From: Ilumatobacteraceae bacterium
GTDB taxonomy: Bacteria; Actinomycetota; Acidimicrobiia; Acidimicrobiales; Ilumatobacteraceae
Length of the DNA stretch: 41,033 nt
Assembly: GCA_019090765.1 (NCBI GenBank)
Contig: JAHRVJ010000184.1
Location: 1 to 41,033, forward strand
Direction of reading: 5' to 3'
Both the position numbers and the translations under genes were made by a program. Of this stretch, positions 1-8,322 are shown piece after piece. The stretch's first letter is position 1; the number at the start of each line of letters is the position of its first letter. The notes below the pieces were generated by a model. It was not told the DNA's origin, did not search any database, and worked only from the letters and a program-made list of their open reading frames with translations.

Positions 1-5
1 CCGTC

Positions 6-419
6 TTGAACGTGTTGGTCAACGTCGTGGTGCTCAATCTCTTCGTGGAGTTCGCCGACGAAGTCGTGATTGACTCGTTCTGGATTTCGGTCCTTACTGC
101 CGTGCTGCTCACGGCCATGATCGGCATCCTTGCGAGATTCGAAAAACGCATTCACAGCTATTTCTTCGAGAAGCACTCCTGGCGGTTCGCTGGTGTGGTC
201 ACGATCTGGGCAGTCCTCTTCGGTGGCAAGTTCGTGATGCTCGAGGTTGTCGACATCGTCTTTGGTGATCACGTCTCGCTCGGCCACCTGCTCGAGGTGA
301 TCCTGATCGTCGTGGCAATGATGATCGCCGGCCAGTTGATGCAGGCCATCTATGACAGTCTCGGCGTCAAGGAGGACCCCATTGAGTCCGCCTCAAGTGT
401 AGACAACGAGAGTCCGTGA
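6..419 (+). CDS. hypothetical integral membrane protein (about four hydrophobic helices)
   Basis: 137-aa ORF with a TTG start at 6. The frame stays open to the window edge, so the N-terminus may lie upstream. Four long hydrophobic stretches (VLVNVVVLNLFVEF, FWISVLTAVLLTAMIGILA, FAGVVTIWAVLFGGKFVMLEVV, LLEVILIVVAMMIAGQLM). No family recognised. Confidence 0.5.
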   Translation: MNVLVNVVVLNLFVEFADEVVIDSFWISVLTAVLLTAMIGILARFEKRIHSYFFEKHSWRFAGVVTIWAVLFGGKFVMLEVVDIVFGDHVSLGHLLEVILIVVAMMIAGQLMQAIYDSLGVKEDPIESASSVDNESP

Positions 420-569
420 GCTCAGCCAGCGAACCCGTTGGCGACCAATACTGGGCCGCGATCTCTGACCCGGAGAAACGCACCGCTTAGCCTGCTGCGA
501 GTTCAATCCATGGAGAGTGCCTGTTCAACCCACACGACCAAGTATCGGGCACCCACGGTTCCGTCTTGT

Positions 570-1595
570 CTAGCTAGGACCCAAAGCGTCGCGAACTGCA
601 GGGGCCACCTGGGTACCCAGTAGTTCGATGGCTTCCATTACCAGTTTGTGATCCAGCATTCCGAACGCCATCTGAATAGTGAAACGGGTAAAGCCGAAAA
701 TTTCGTGGTGCGCCAAAATCTTCTCAGTCAGTTGATTTGGCCCGCCAACAAAGAGCGCTCCACTAGGTCCACTTGAAGCATCGAACTGGGCCCGAGTGGC
801 AGGTGGCCAGCCCCTTTCAGCCCCGAGTCTGGTCATGACCTCATTGTGGGGACCGCTGTAAATGTCAGCCGCCCGCTGGCTGGTATCAGCTACGAATCCG
901 TGGACGTTTAGCGACGTCTCGAGGGCCGCCGCGTCGTGCCCCGCTTCTGTGGCCGCCTTGCGGTAGAGATCAAATAGTGGTTTGAACCGGATCGGTTCAC
1001 CGCCGATAATCCCTAGCGCCATTGGTAGTCCAAGACGCCCGGCGCGAACGGCCGATTGTGGGGTTCCCCCGACGGCTACCCAGATCGGAAGCTTCGAGTT
1101 GTATGGCCGGGGGTAGACACCGCAATTGTTAACCGCGTTCATGTGTCGAGACTGTGGCCAATTCAGCTCTTCATCTTCGTTCAACGCCATTAGGACTTGG
1201 AGCTTCTCTTCAAACAAGGTCTCGTAGTCATTCATGGCATAGCCAAACAGCGGGAATGATTCCACGAACGCGCCGCGACCGACCATTATTTCGGCCCGAC
1301 CCTGACTCAAATTGTCAAGGGTTGAGAACTGCTGGAATACCCGAATGGGATCATCGGAACTAAGAACACTGACGGCGCTGGATAGACGAATATGGTTGGT
1401 CTGGGTGGAGGCGGCGGCCAAGGCAACAGCAACTGATGAGGCGGCATAGTCAGACCTATGGTGCTCGCCAAGACCAAAGAAATCTATTCCGACTTCATCG
1501 GCCAGAGTGATCTCTTGCACCAGATTGCGTAGCCGTTGGGAAGGGCTAACGTCGGCCGTTCCAGACTCGGCAAATGTGTAGATTCCAAGCTGCAT
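570..1595 (-). CDS. LLM-class (luciferase-like) flavin-dependent oxidoreductase
   Basis: 341 aa. The N-terminus MQLGIYTFAE...EVGIDFFGLGEHH and overall length are typical of bacterial luciferase-like TIM-barrel oxidoreductases. It lies on the same strand directly downstream of the WYL regulator. Confidence 0.8.
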   Translation of the reverse strand: MQLGIYTFAESGTADVSPSQRLRNLVQEITLADEVGIDFFGLGEHHRSDYAASSVAVALAAASTQTNHIRLSSAVSVLSSDDPIRVFQQFSTLDNLSQGRAEIMVGRGAFVESFPLFGYAMNDYETLFEEKLQVLMALNEDEELNWPQSRHMNAVNNCGVYPRPYNSKLPIWVAVGGTPQSAVRAGRLGLPMALGIIGGEPIRFKPLFDLYRKAATEAGHDAAALETSLNVHGFVADTSQRAADIYSGPHNEVMTRLGAERGWPPATRAQFDASSGPSGALFVGGPNQLTEKILAHHEIFGFTRFTIQMAFGMLDHKLVMEAIELLGTQVAPAVRDALGPS

Positions 1596-1675
1596 TTCCG
1601 CCTAGCGTAACTTGGCGCCGCGGACAGTAGCCGTTGGTTCGTTAGCTTCGAGGCCGACGCGATAGTTGACGCGTC

Positions 1676-2641
1676 TTACCGTTGGTTGAGACGACCGATC
1701 AGCCTGTCCACCTCGTCGGCAACGACGCCGGGTTCGATCACGCGAACCGGCGCGCTAAGCGCCAGTCGAGCCACCGCCATGACGAGCGAATCGATTTGGT
1801 TCGCTTGAAGTCGGATCGTGCAGGAGTCAGCCTCAGTGTCGACGGGCGTGTGCTGGATCCATGACAATGCCTCGGAGACATGTTCGTAGGGGGCCCGCAC
1901 GGCCACCAGTGTTTCGATTTCGAGATGTATCGAGGCGACCGACGCCGCAAGGTATGTGGCAGCGTCGCCGCCGGGGATGTCGCGCGGCGTGAAACGTCCG
2001 CCAGCAAGTTGTACGTCGCTGAGCCGGTCGAGGCGGAACGTGCGCCAATCGGTGCGCCGAAGATCCCATGCAATGAGGTACCAGAGGCGGCCAGCCGAGA
2101 GTAACTGGTGCGGTTCGACCAAACGACGGCTGTAGTCACCGTCGCGGCGTTGATAGCCGAAGCGGACTTCTTCGTGGCCTTGACACGCCGAGGCAAGCAC
2201 GCTGAGTGTCTCGGGGTCGACGACGCTGTCGTCGCGGTGCGCTCGACGCAGCGACACGACACTGCGGTCGAGTTCGGAGACGCGACGCCGTAGGCGGTCG
2301 GGCAGTGTCTGTTCGACTTTGGCGAGTGCCCGCAGCGACGTGTGCTCGATGCCAGCGATCGCGGCACCCGCGGCCGCGCGCAGCCCGACTACGACCGCCA
2401 CGGCTTCGTCATCGTCGAATAGGAGCGGCGGCAGGTGCGCGCCGGCTGCGAGTCGGTATCCGCCATCACTGCCCGGTGTGGCGTCGACTGGGAAGCCCAA
2501 GTCGCGCAACCGATCGACGTCGCGGCGAACTGTCCGCTCGGTAACGTCCAAACGCTCTGCGAGTTCGGCCCCACGCCACAGCCGGTGGGATTGCAGCAGT
2601 GAGAGAAGTTGCAGCGCCCGCCCAGTCGGATCGTTTCGCAC
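1676..2641 (-). CDS. YafY-family transcriptional regulator (N-terminal HTH plus WYL domain)
   Basis: 321 aa. HTH region LSLLQSHRLWRGAELAERLDVTERTVRRDVDRLRDLGFPV and a literal WYL motif (GRLWYLIAWDLRRTDWRTFRLDRL). Confidence 0.85.
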   Translation of the reverse strand: MRNDPTGRALQLLSLLQSHRLWRGAELAERLDVTERTVRRDVDRLRDLGFPVDATPGSDGGYRLAAGAHLPPLLFDDDEAVAVVVGLRAAAGAAIAGIEHTSLRALAKVEQTLPDRLRRRVSELDRSVVSLRRAHRDDSVVDPETLSVLASACQGHEEVRFGYQRRDGDYSRRLVEPHQLLSAGRLWYLIAWDLRRTDWRTFRLDRLSDVQLAGGRFTPRDIPGGDAATYLAASVASIHLEIETLVAVRAPYEHVSEALSWIQHTPVDTEADSCTIRLQANQIDSLVMAVARLALSAPVRVIEPGVVADEVDRLIGRLNQR

Positions 2642-2660
2642 TTAATGAGCTTCTCACAAA

Positions 2661-2683
2661 TTGCGGACATCATCTGTCCGCAA
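2661..2683. promoter_or_regulatory. perfect inverted repeat TTGCGGACA-N5-TGTCCGCAA, candidate operator in the divergent regulator/hydrolase region
   Basis: Read directly: 9-bp arms at 2661..2669 and 2675..2683 are exact reverse complements. It sits 20 bp from the WYL regulator start codon and 57 bp upstream of the hydrolase GTG. Confidence 0.55.
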
Positions 2684-2739
2684 TGACTCTTAGGTTTGGG
2701 TCCCGGCGGGAGACGCCCCCAACAGAAAGAGGACATGCA

Positions 2740-3675
2740 GTGCTAAATCCAACCGAGTTTCCCGAGCCCACGCTGATTTCGGTCAACGGCGTGGAGCTCG
2801 AAGTGTTCGAAGCAGGTCAAGAGAATGCAGGAAGGCCCATTGTGCTCTGCCATGGCTGGCCAGAGCATGCTTTCGCTTGGCGCCATCAGGTGCCCGCACT
2901 TGCTGAAGCGGGCTACCACGTCATCGTCCCGAATCAGCGGGGCTACGGCAATTCGTCTCGTCCGGGCGAGGTCACGGACTACGACATCGAGCACTTGTCG
3001 GGCGACCTCGTCGCGCTTCTCGACTACTACGGCTACGAAGACGCCACCTTTGTCGGTGAGGACTGGGGTGCGCCGGTTGTTTGGGGATTGACCCTCCTAC
3101 ATCCAAACCGCGTGAACAAGGTGATCGCCCTGAGCTTGCCTTACCAAGAGCTCGGCGACCAACCCTGGGTCGAGCTCCTGGAAGAGGCGCTCGGCGACGA
3201 CTTCTACATGGTGCATTTCAATCGAAAGCCCGGCGTCGCCGACGCCGTACTGGAAGAAAACACGTTTCAGTTCCTTCGCAACACCTACCGGAAGAACCGA
3301 CCTCCCGCAGAGCCTCAGCCAGGCAACGCAATGATCAATCTCGCCGAAGCAGAGATCCCGGTCGGCGATCCCGTCATGGGCGACAGCGAACTGGCTGTCT
3401 TCGTCTCCGCCTTCGAAGCATCAGGGTTCACGCCAAGTATCAACTGGTACAGAAACCTTGACCGCAACTGGCACTTGTTGTCGGACGTGGACCCGCTCAT
3501 AGTGCAGCCAGCACTCATGATCTATGGCGACCGCGACTTGGTCGCGAGAAATGACCAGATGGCAGAGTTCGTGCCCAACGTGGAAGTGGTCGCTCTGGAC
3601 TGCGGCCACTGGATCTCCCAAGAAAAGCCGGAAGAAACAAACCAAGCGATCCTGAATTGGCTTCAACAGCAATGA
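2740..3675 (+). CDS. epoxide-hydrolase-like alpha/beta hydrolase
   Basis: HGWP oxyanion motif (LCHGWPEHAFAWRHQ), Asp nucleophile elbow (VGEDWGAPV) and C-terminal catalytic His context (DCGHWISQEKPEE). The ORF track starts at 2599 and overlaps the regulator. I prefer the GTG at 2740, preceded by AAAGAGGA, which gives 311 aa. Confidence 0.85.
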   Translation: MLNPTEFPEPTLISVNGVELEVFEAGQENAGRPIVLCHGWPEHAFAWRHQVPALAEAGYHVIVPNQRGYGNSSRPGEVTDYDIEHLSGDLVALLDYYGYEDATFVGEDWGAPVVWGLTLLHPNRVNKVIALSLPYQELGDQPWVELLEEALGDDFYMVHFNRKPGVADAVLEENTFQFLRNTYRKNRPPAEPQPGNAMINLAEAEIPVGDPVMGDSELAVFVSAFEASGFTPSINWYRNLDRNWHLLSDVDPLIVQPALMIYGDRDLVARNDQMAEFVPNVEVVALDCGHWISQEKPEETNQAILNWLQQQ

Positions 3676-3763
3676 GGCGCCGGACTCGCGACTTCGGCCC
3701 GCCAACACCAACCTGACTAGAGTGTCAGAAACGCGAACCTTCCCACTATTGGAGCAGAAGTAG

Positions 3764-4954
3764 ATGACTGAGCGACTTGCCTTTCCGGTGTTCGACGCCG
3801 ACAACCACCTGTATGAGACGCGGGACGCATTTACCCGCCATCTCCCAGACGAATACCGCGGAGCAATCGACTATGTCGAGGTCCACGGACGAACCAAGAT
3901 TGTTGTGCGTGGCCAAATCTCCAACTACATCCCGAACCCCACGTTCGACCGGATCGGGGTGCCCGGGGTTCAGGAGGAGTACTTCCGGACGGGGAATCCC
4001 GAGGGGAAGTCTGCTCGCGAGATCATCGGTCGCGGTATCGACTGTCCCGATGCCTACCGGAGCGCGGAGCCCAGACTCAAGCATCTAGACGAGCAGGGCC
4101 TCGACTACACACTCATCATTCCTACACTTGCCAGCCTCGTGGAGGAGCGGATGCGCGACGCGCCCGATATGTGCGCCGCGGTGGTCCACTCCCTAAATCA
4201 GTGGATCGCCGAAGAGTGGCCGTTCACGTACGAAGGCCGGCTCTTTTCGACGCCGATCATTTCTCCCGGCCTACTCGACAAGGCGATCGAAGAACTCGAG
4301 TGGGTCCTCGATCAGGGAGCGCGTGCCATTCTGATGCGACCGGCCCCCGCCTGGGGGTACCAGGGTCCGCGGTCGTTTGCCCTGCCCGAGTTCGACCCGT
4401 TCTGGGCGCGTGTGCAAGAAGCAGGGATTCTCACCCTGATCCATGCTTCCGACAGTGGCTATAGCCGCTACGTCAACGAATGGTCAGGGACCAAGAACGA
4501 GATGCAGGCCTTCGCCGAGGCTGACCCGTTCATTCACGCCATGCAGGTTGCCCACCGGGAGATTCAGGACGCCGTCACGTCACTGATCTGCCATGGCACC
4601 TTGGCACGATTCCCCGACCTGAAGTTTGCGTTGGTCGAAAATGGTGCTGGTTGGCTCCCCGGCCTGCTCAAGATGCTCGACCACACCTGGGGTGACATGC
4701 CCCAGAAGTTTGCCGAGAAGCCATCCGACACCTTCAAACGGAACTTCTGGATGCACCCATTCCACGAGGAAGACCCGCAGGGGCTAATCGACTTGATCGG
4801 GTCCGACCATGTCATCTTCGGCTCGGACTATCCGCACGTCGAGGGGCTGGCAAATCCCCTGTCGTACCGTGACGAGCTTGCGGGTATCGCCGACGACGAT
4901 GTCGCCAAGATCATGGGCGGCAACATGATGAAGCTGATGGGAGTCGCCGCATGA
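3764..4954 (+). CDS. Amidohydro_2-family metal-dependent hydrolase (paralog 1)
   Basis: 396 aa. N-terminal FDADNHLYETRDAFTRH and C-terminal IFGSDYPHVEG motifs. Clear paralog of the CDS at 35901..37112. Confidence 0.8.
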   Translation: MTERLAFPVFDADNHLYETRDAFTRHLPDEYRGAIDYVEVHGRTKIVVRGQISNYIPNPTFDRIGVPGVQEEYFRTGNPEGKSAREIIGRGIDCPDAYRSAEPRLKHLDEQGLDYTLIIPTLASLVEERMRDAPDMCAAVVHSLNQWIAEEWPFTYEGRLFSTPIISPGLLDKAIEELEWVLDQGARAILMRPAPAWGYQGPRSFALPEFDPFWARVQEAGILTLIHASDSGYSRYVNEWSGTKNEMQAFAEADPFIHAMQVAHREIQDAVTSLICHGTLARFPDLKFALVENGAGWLPGLLKMLDHTWGDMPQKFAEKPSDTFKRNFWMHPFHEEDPQGLIDLIGSDHVIFGSDYPHVEGLANPLSYRDELAGIADDDVAKIMGGNMMKLMGVAA

Positions 4955-5787
4955 GCGAGCTACCGCCGATATTGGAGTTGACCGAGGCCGGCGACAGCAA
5001 GTTCACGGTGTACCAACCGTCGGAATCAGCCGAGGGCCGAGATGTGGTGTTCAGCGGACAGCTGATGGGTCAGATGATGATGGCCTCGGAACGCGCAGCC
5101 GACTCGCCCAAAGACATTCGCTCGGTCCATATCGTGTTCGCCCGTGCCGGCAGCTACTCCAGCCCAATTGAGGTCGAGGTCGACTCGATGCAGGCTGGCC
5201 GCACGTGGGCGAGCGACACCGTGACTGCAACCCAAGGCGGCAAGTTGCTCAGCCGGGCGACGGTGCTGATGAACATCATCGACGACGATTTGATGCGCCA
5301 CGGCCCCGGAATGCCCGATGTTCCCGGCCCTGCAAGCTTGGATAGCGAAGCTGGCCAGGTGTTCCCGGGCGCCGAATTGCGCCCGGTGCCCGGTGAACCC
5401 AGCTTCGGTGATGTTCCCCTCGCCCGTAAATGGCACCGCTACGCGCCTGGGGTCGACTCCCAGGCAGCGAACCAGGCGATATTGAGTTGGGCGACCTGTG
5501 GAACGATCATCGGGCTGGCGATGCGTGCCCACCGCGACACAGTGAGTATCGAAAACGCCCACCGAACCATGTCGACAGGCGTTATTGCCCAAACGATGCA
5601 CTTTCTGGAACGCTTCGATGTTTCTCAGTGGTTGTTAATCGAGGAAGAGGCGACCAACGCTGCCAATGGTCGCATCTACGGGGGTGGACGGGTGTTCACC
5701 GAAGATGGCCTATTGGTGGCCACCTACCACCAAGACGCGATGGCTAAGGCAGCCGTGGCGCGGCTCGACCCTTCGCGATCGATGTAG
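4951..5787 (+). CDS. acyl-CoA thioesterase II-like (TesB-like double hotdog) protein
   Basis: 278 aa. The N-terminus (ILELTEAGDSKFTVYQP...FSGQLMGQMMMA) and length resemble TesB-type thioesterases. ATGA overlap with the upstream amidohydrolase (ATG 4951, TGA 4952..4954). Confidence 0.65.
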   Translation: MSELPPILELTEAGDSKFTVYQPSESAEGRDVVFSGQLMGQMMMASERAADSPKDIRSVHIVFARAGSYSSPIEVEVDSMQAGRTWASDTVTATQGGKLLSRATVLMNIIDDDLMRHGPGMPDVPGPASLDSEAGQVFPGAELRPVPGEPSFGDVPLARKWHRYAPGVDSQAANQAILSWATCGTIIGLAMRAHRDTVSIENAHRTMSTGVIAQTMHFLERFDVSQWLLIEEEATNAANGRIYGGGRVFTEDGLLVATYHQDAMAKAAVARLDPSRSM

Positions 5788-5818
5788 CGAGAGCCCGGTT
5801 CACTGCGTGTAGGGGGGT

Positions 5819-5837
5819 TCGCCTCTCCAGGCGATTT
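5819..5837 (+). terminator. weak intrinsic-terminator-like hairpin after the thioesterase gene
   Basis: TCGCCT-ctcc-AGGCGA (6-bp stem, 4-nt loop) followed by TTT, in the 75-nt gap between convergent genes. Confidence 0.3.
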
Positions 5838-5862
5838 GGTTAGACCGGCACCGACGCAACCA

Positions 5863-7119
5863 CTACTGACCGAAGAATGCCCGCTGGATCAGGAACGTCG
5901 ATGCATCGATCGCAACTGACTGACTCGCGTAGTCGAGGGTCTGCGTGTTGAAAGGCACTCCTTCGAAGAGTGCTAACAGTGCCAGCGCGTCAACGGTTGA
6001 ATCGCCGAAGCCGCGCCGGGCGACGATTCGCTGCAGTCGATCGAACATCGTCAGCGCAACATCGAATGAGTAGCGATTCAACTCATCGTTCTCCCATTTT
6101 ATTTCGCGCCAGGCGCTGATCACTCCGCCGTTGCTGCGATACGAGGCAAAGTAGATGTCGAGCCAGTGGTGAACGTGCTCGTAGTCGACCTGGTCCGGAA
6201 AAAGCCCGATGATCTCGGCAACCGAGGCCACCGCGTTCTCGGCAAGTTCCTGCAGTAGGGCATCCATGCTTGAGAAGTAGTGGTACAAGCTTCCGTGCGA
6301 TACTCCGGCTCCGGTGGCGATGTCATCGACATGGGTCTCGTGGTATCCGTTGCTTTGGAGCACCTCGGCGCCCACAGCGAGCAACTTCTGCCGTGTCGCA
6401 CGGCCTCTTGGGTGGCTGACATCGCGGCGCTCAAGTGCCAGTGTCGGCCAGTCGGGCTCAGGTGTTGCCAGCCGCGCAACGACCGGCCCAATGTTGATGC
6501 CGGGTTTCGGACCGTGCATGAGTCGGTGCAGCGTTTGGGCGGAACCCTTCACATAGCGTTGCTGGGATAGCTGCCCGAGTCCGGCCCGCCAGAAGTCGAG
6601 CGATCGGACGATGACCGTCAGCGTGATGCTGCCTACTGCGTTCGGAACGGCGTTGCTGGGCAGATCGATCGCAGTATTGATTGCATGACCCAGACGCTTC
6701 GCGACGATCTGGGGACCGTGCGTTGATGTGGTCGGTTCACCGGCCGCTGACGGGAAGGAAGCGAAGACACCCGCGAACACCTCGTAAAGCTCGATCAACT
6801 CGTCGAGCCAGATCTGCAGTTGTCCGACGCCGGATCGGCCCGCGTCGACTTCGACTAATGAGTCGGACAACTTGCCCAGCTCCTTCGCGAGTTCCCCGGC
6901 GAGGGTCCAGAAGACTTCGTCCTTGCTCGAAAAGTACTGATAGAAAGATGGTCGCGAGCACCCCGCGGCTGATGCAATGAGTTCGATTCGGGTGTCGTGG
7001 AAACCATGCTCATCAAATGTGGCAAGAGCAGCGTCGAGGATTTTTCGTCGGGTATTTGCTCCACGTCGCCCGACCCGTGGGCTATCACCAAGTGGAGTGC
7101 GCCTTGTTATCTCCGTCAT
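5863..7119 (-). CDS. TetR-family regulator with two tandem TetR modules in one polypeptide (Mce3R-like architecture)
   Basis: 418 aa. Two separate TetR HTH regions: RRKILDAALATFDEHGFHDTRIELIASAAGCSRPSFYQYFSSKDEVF near the N-terminus and RQKLLAVGAEVLQSNGYHETHVDDIATGAGVSHGSLYHYFSSMDALL from about residue 230. Confidence 0.85.
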   Translation of the reverse strand: MTEITRRTPLGDSPRVGRRGANTRRKILDAALATFDEHGFHDTRIELIASAAGCSRPSFYQYFSSKDEVFWTLAGELAKELGKLSDSLVEVDAGRSGVGQLQIWLDELIELYEVFAGVFASFPSAAGEPTTSTHGPQIVAKRLGHAINTAIDLPSNAVPNAVGSITLTVIVRSLDFWRAGLGQLSQQRYVKGSAQTLHRLMHGPKPGINIGPVVARLATPEPDWPTLALERRDVSHPRGRATRQKLLAVGAEVLQSNGYHETHVDDIATGAGVSHGSLYHYFSSMDALLQELAENAVASVAEIIGLFPDQVDYEHVHHWLDIYFASYRSNGGVISAWREIKWENDELNRYSFDVALTMFDRLQRIVARRGFGDSTVDALALLALFEGVPFNTQTLDYASQSVAIDASTFLIQRAFFGQ

Positions 7120-7275
7120 TCGGTGTCTGTCAATGCAGCGGAGGCCGAGTAGCGCGAGTCCAGGATCTGATCTATTCGATCCTAGACGACGAGGTTGGGC
7201 TGAACCCTAGGGCTCCGGGCTCTCTGCGTGTCCGATCAGGGGAAGCTGTTGACGTCAGCGGGCCCTGTCGTGAGT

Positions 7276-7321
7276 AGCACTCGCGGAGTGCTTTGCTGTC
7301 GCTCGACACGTGTTCTAACAT
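7276..7321 (+). promoter_or_regulatory. candidate promoter and operators upstream of the crotonase gene
   Basis: AGCACT-N5-AGTGCT (7276..7292). TTGCTG (7293..7298) and TAACAT (7316..7321) are separated by 17 nt, as for a -35/-10 pair. The 8-bp palindrome ACACGTGT (7306..7313) lies in the spacer. All read directly; function is inferred. Confidence 0.3.
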
Positions 7322-7381
7322 GGGCGTCACTATTGCGTCTCGGCCAGCGCCGGACGCTCCAACACAACGAGGGGGACCGCC

Positions 7382-8302
7382 ATGAGCGACTACGACTTCA
7401 TCGCCACTGAGCGTCTTGACGAAGGCCGCATCGAGCGAATCATGCTCGATCGTCCCGAGGCGCGCAATGCACAGAACCGCGGCATGCTCGTAGAACTCCA
7501 CGACGCGATGCTCAAGGCCGAAGCCGACGACGACGTGCGTGTGATAATTCTCGGCGGCAGCGGCAAGATGTTCTCTGCTGGCCACGACATGGGGTCGAAG
7601 GTGGCCATGGCCGAGTACTACGGCCCGTCCCAGCATCCGACCCGAGGGGTCAATGGTGGGACGCGCGAAGGCACCGAGGCTTTCCTGATCCAGGAGTGGC
7701 ATTACTACTTCCAGAACACCCTGCGTTGGCGCAACCTGCGCAAGATAACGATCGCTGAGGTTCACGGCCCCGTCTTTGCTGCTGGCTTGATGTTGGCGTG
7801 GTCATGTGACCTGATCGTTGCCGCCGAGAACACCACATTTGCCGACGTCGTAGCCAATCGATTGGGGATTATGGGCGTCGAGTATTTCGCACACCCCTGG
7901 GAGTTCGGTCCCCGTAAGGCCAAAGAGTTGCTGTTGACCGGCGACTCGATCGACGCCGACGAGGCTCATCGCCTCGGAATGGTCAGCAAGGTGTTCCCCA
8001 ACGATGAGTTGGCCGATAAGACCCTCGAGTTCGCGCAACGCATCGCTAACACCCCGACCGTGGCCGCGCTACTCATCAAAGAAGCGGTGAATCAGACCGT
8101 TGACAACATGGGCTTTACCAATGCGCTGAATGCCTCGTTCAGCCTCCATGAACTAAACCACTCACACTGGGCTTCGATCTCCAAAGGTGAACGCGTTTGC
8201 GGCGTGGCCGAGTTCGACGAGGGCATCCAGGATTGGCGGAATGCTCCGCCAGTGCAGGTCGCGCAGAAGGATGCCGTCGGAGGTCAGTCGGGCACGGACT
8301 GA
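7382..8302 (+). CDS. enoyl-CoA hydratase/isomerase (crotonase) family protein
   Basis: 306 aa. LDRPEARNA and the crotonase oxyanion motif FSAGHDMG. SD-like GAGGGGGA upstream. Confidence 0.85.
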   Translation: MSDYDFIATERLDEGRIERIMLDRPEARNAQNRGMLVELHDAMLKAEADDDVRVIILGGSGKMFSAGHDMGSKVAMAEYYGPSQHPTRGVNGGTREGTEAFLIQEWHYYFQNTLRWRNLRKITIAEVHGPVFAAGLMLAWSCDLIVAAENTTFADVVANRLGIMGVEYFAHPWEFGPRKAKELLLTGDSIDADEAHRLGMVSKVFPNDELADKTLEFAQRIANTPTVAALLIKEAVNQTVDNMGFTNALNASFSLHELNHSHWASISKGERVCGVAEFDEGIQDWRNAPPVQVAQKDAVGGQSGTD

Positions 8303-8322
8303 CCGGCAAGTTTTCGCCGTAG

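Noticed and set aside
438-623. 61-aa ORF in the gap between the membrane protein gene and the LLM gene.
   Set aside because: It overlaps the 3' end of the LLM gene on the opposite strand, has Arg/Ser/Thr/Cys-rich composition and no SD. Probably non-coding.
1676-2641. The WYL-domain regulator as a marker of a phage-defence island (BrxR/CapW-like).
   Set aside because: Its neighbours are an LLM oxidoreductase and an alpha/beta hydrolase. No nuclease, helicase, methyltransferase, Cas or other defence-type ORFs occur in the window.
2599-2739. N-terminal extensions in the ORF track. The track starts are 2599, 10991, 10959, 14636, 14509, 18265, 18247, 19254, 26911 and 36953.
   Set aside because: The extensions overlap neighbouring genes or divergent partners and add non-homologous, Arg-rich leaders. 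Internal ATG or GTG codons with SD-like sequences or ATGA/GTGA coupling give N-termini typical of each family. I trimmed to those, but the starts remain predictions.
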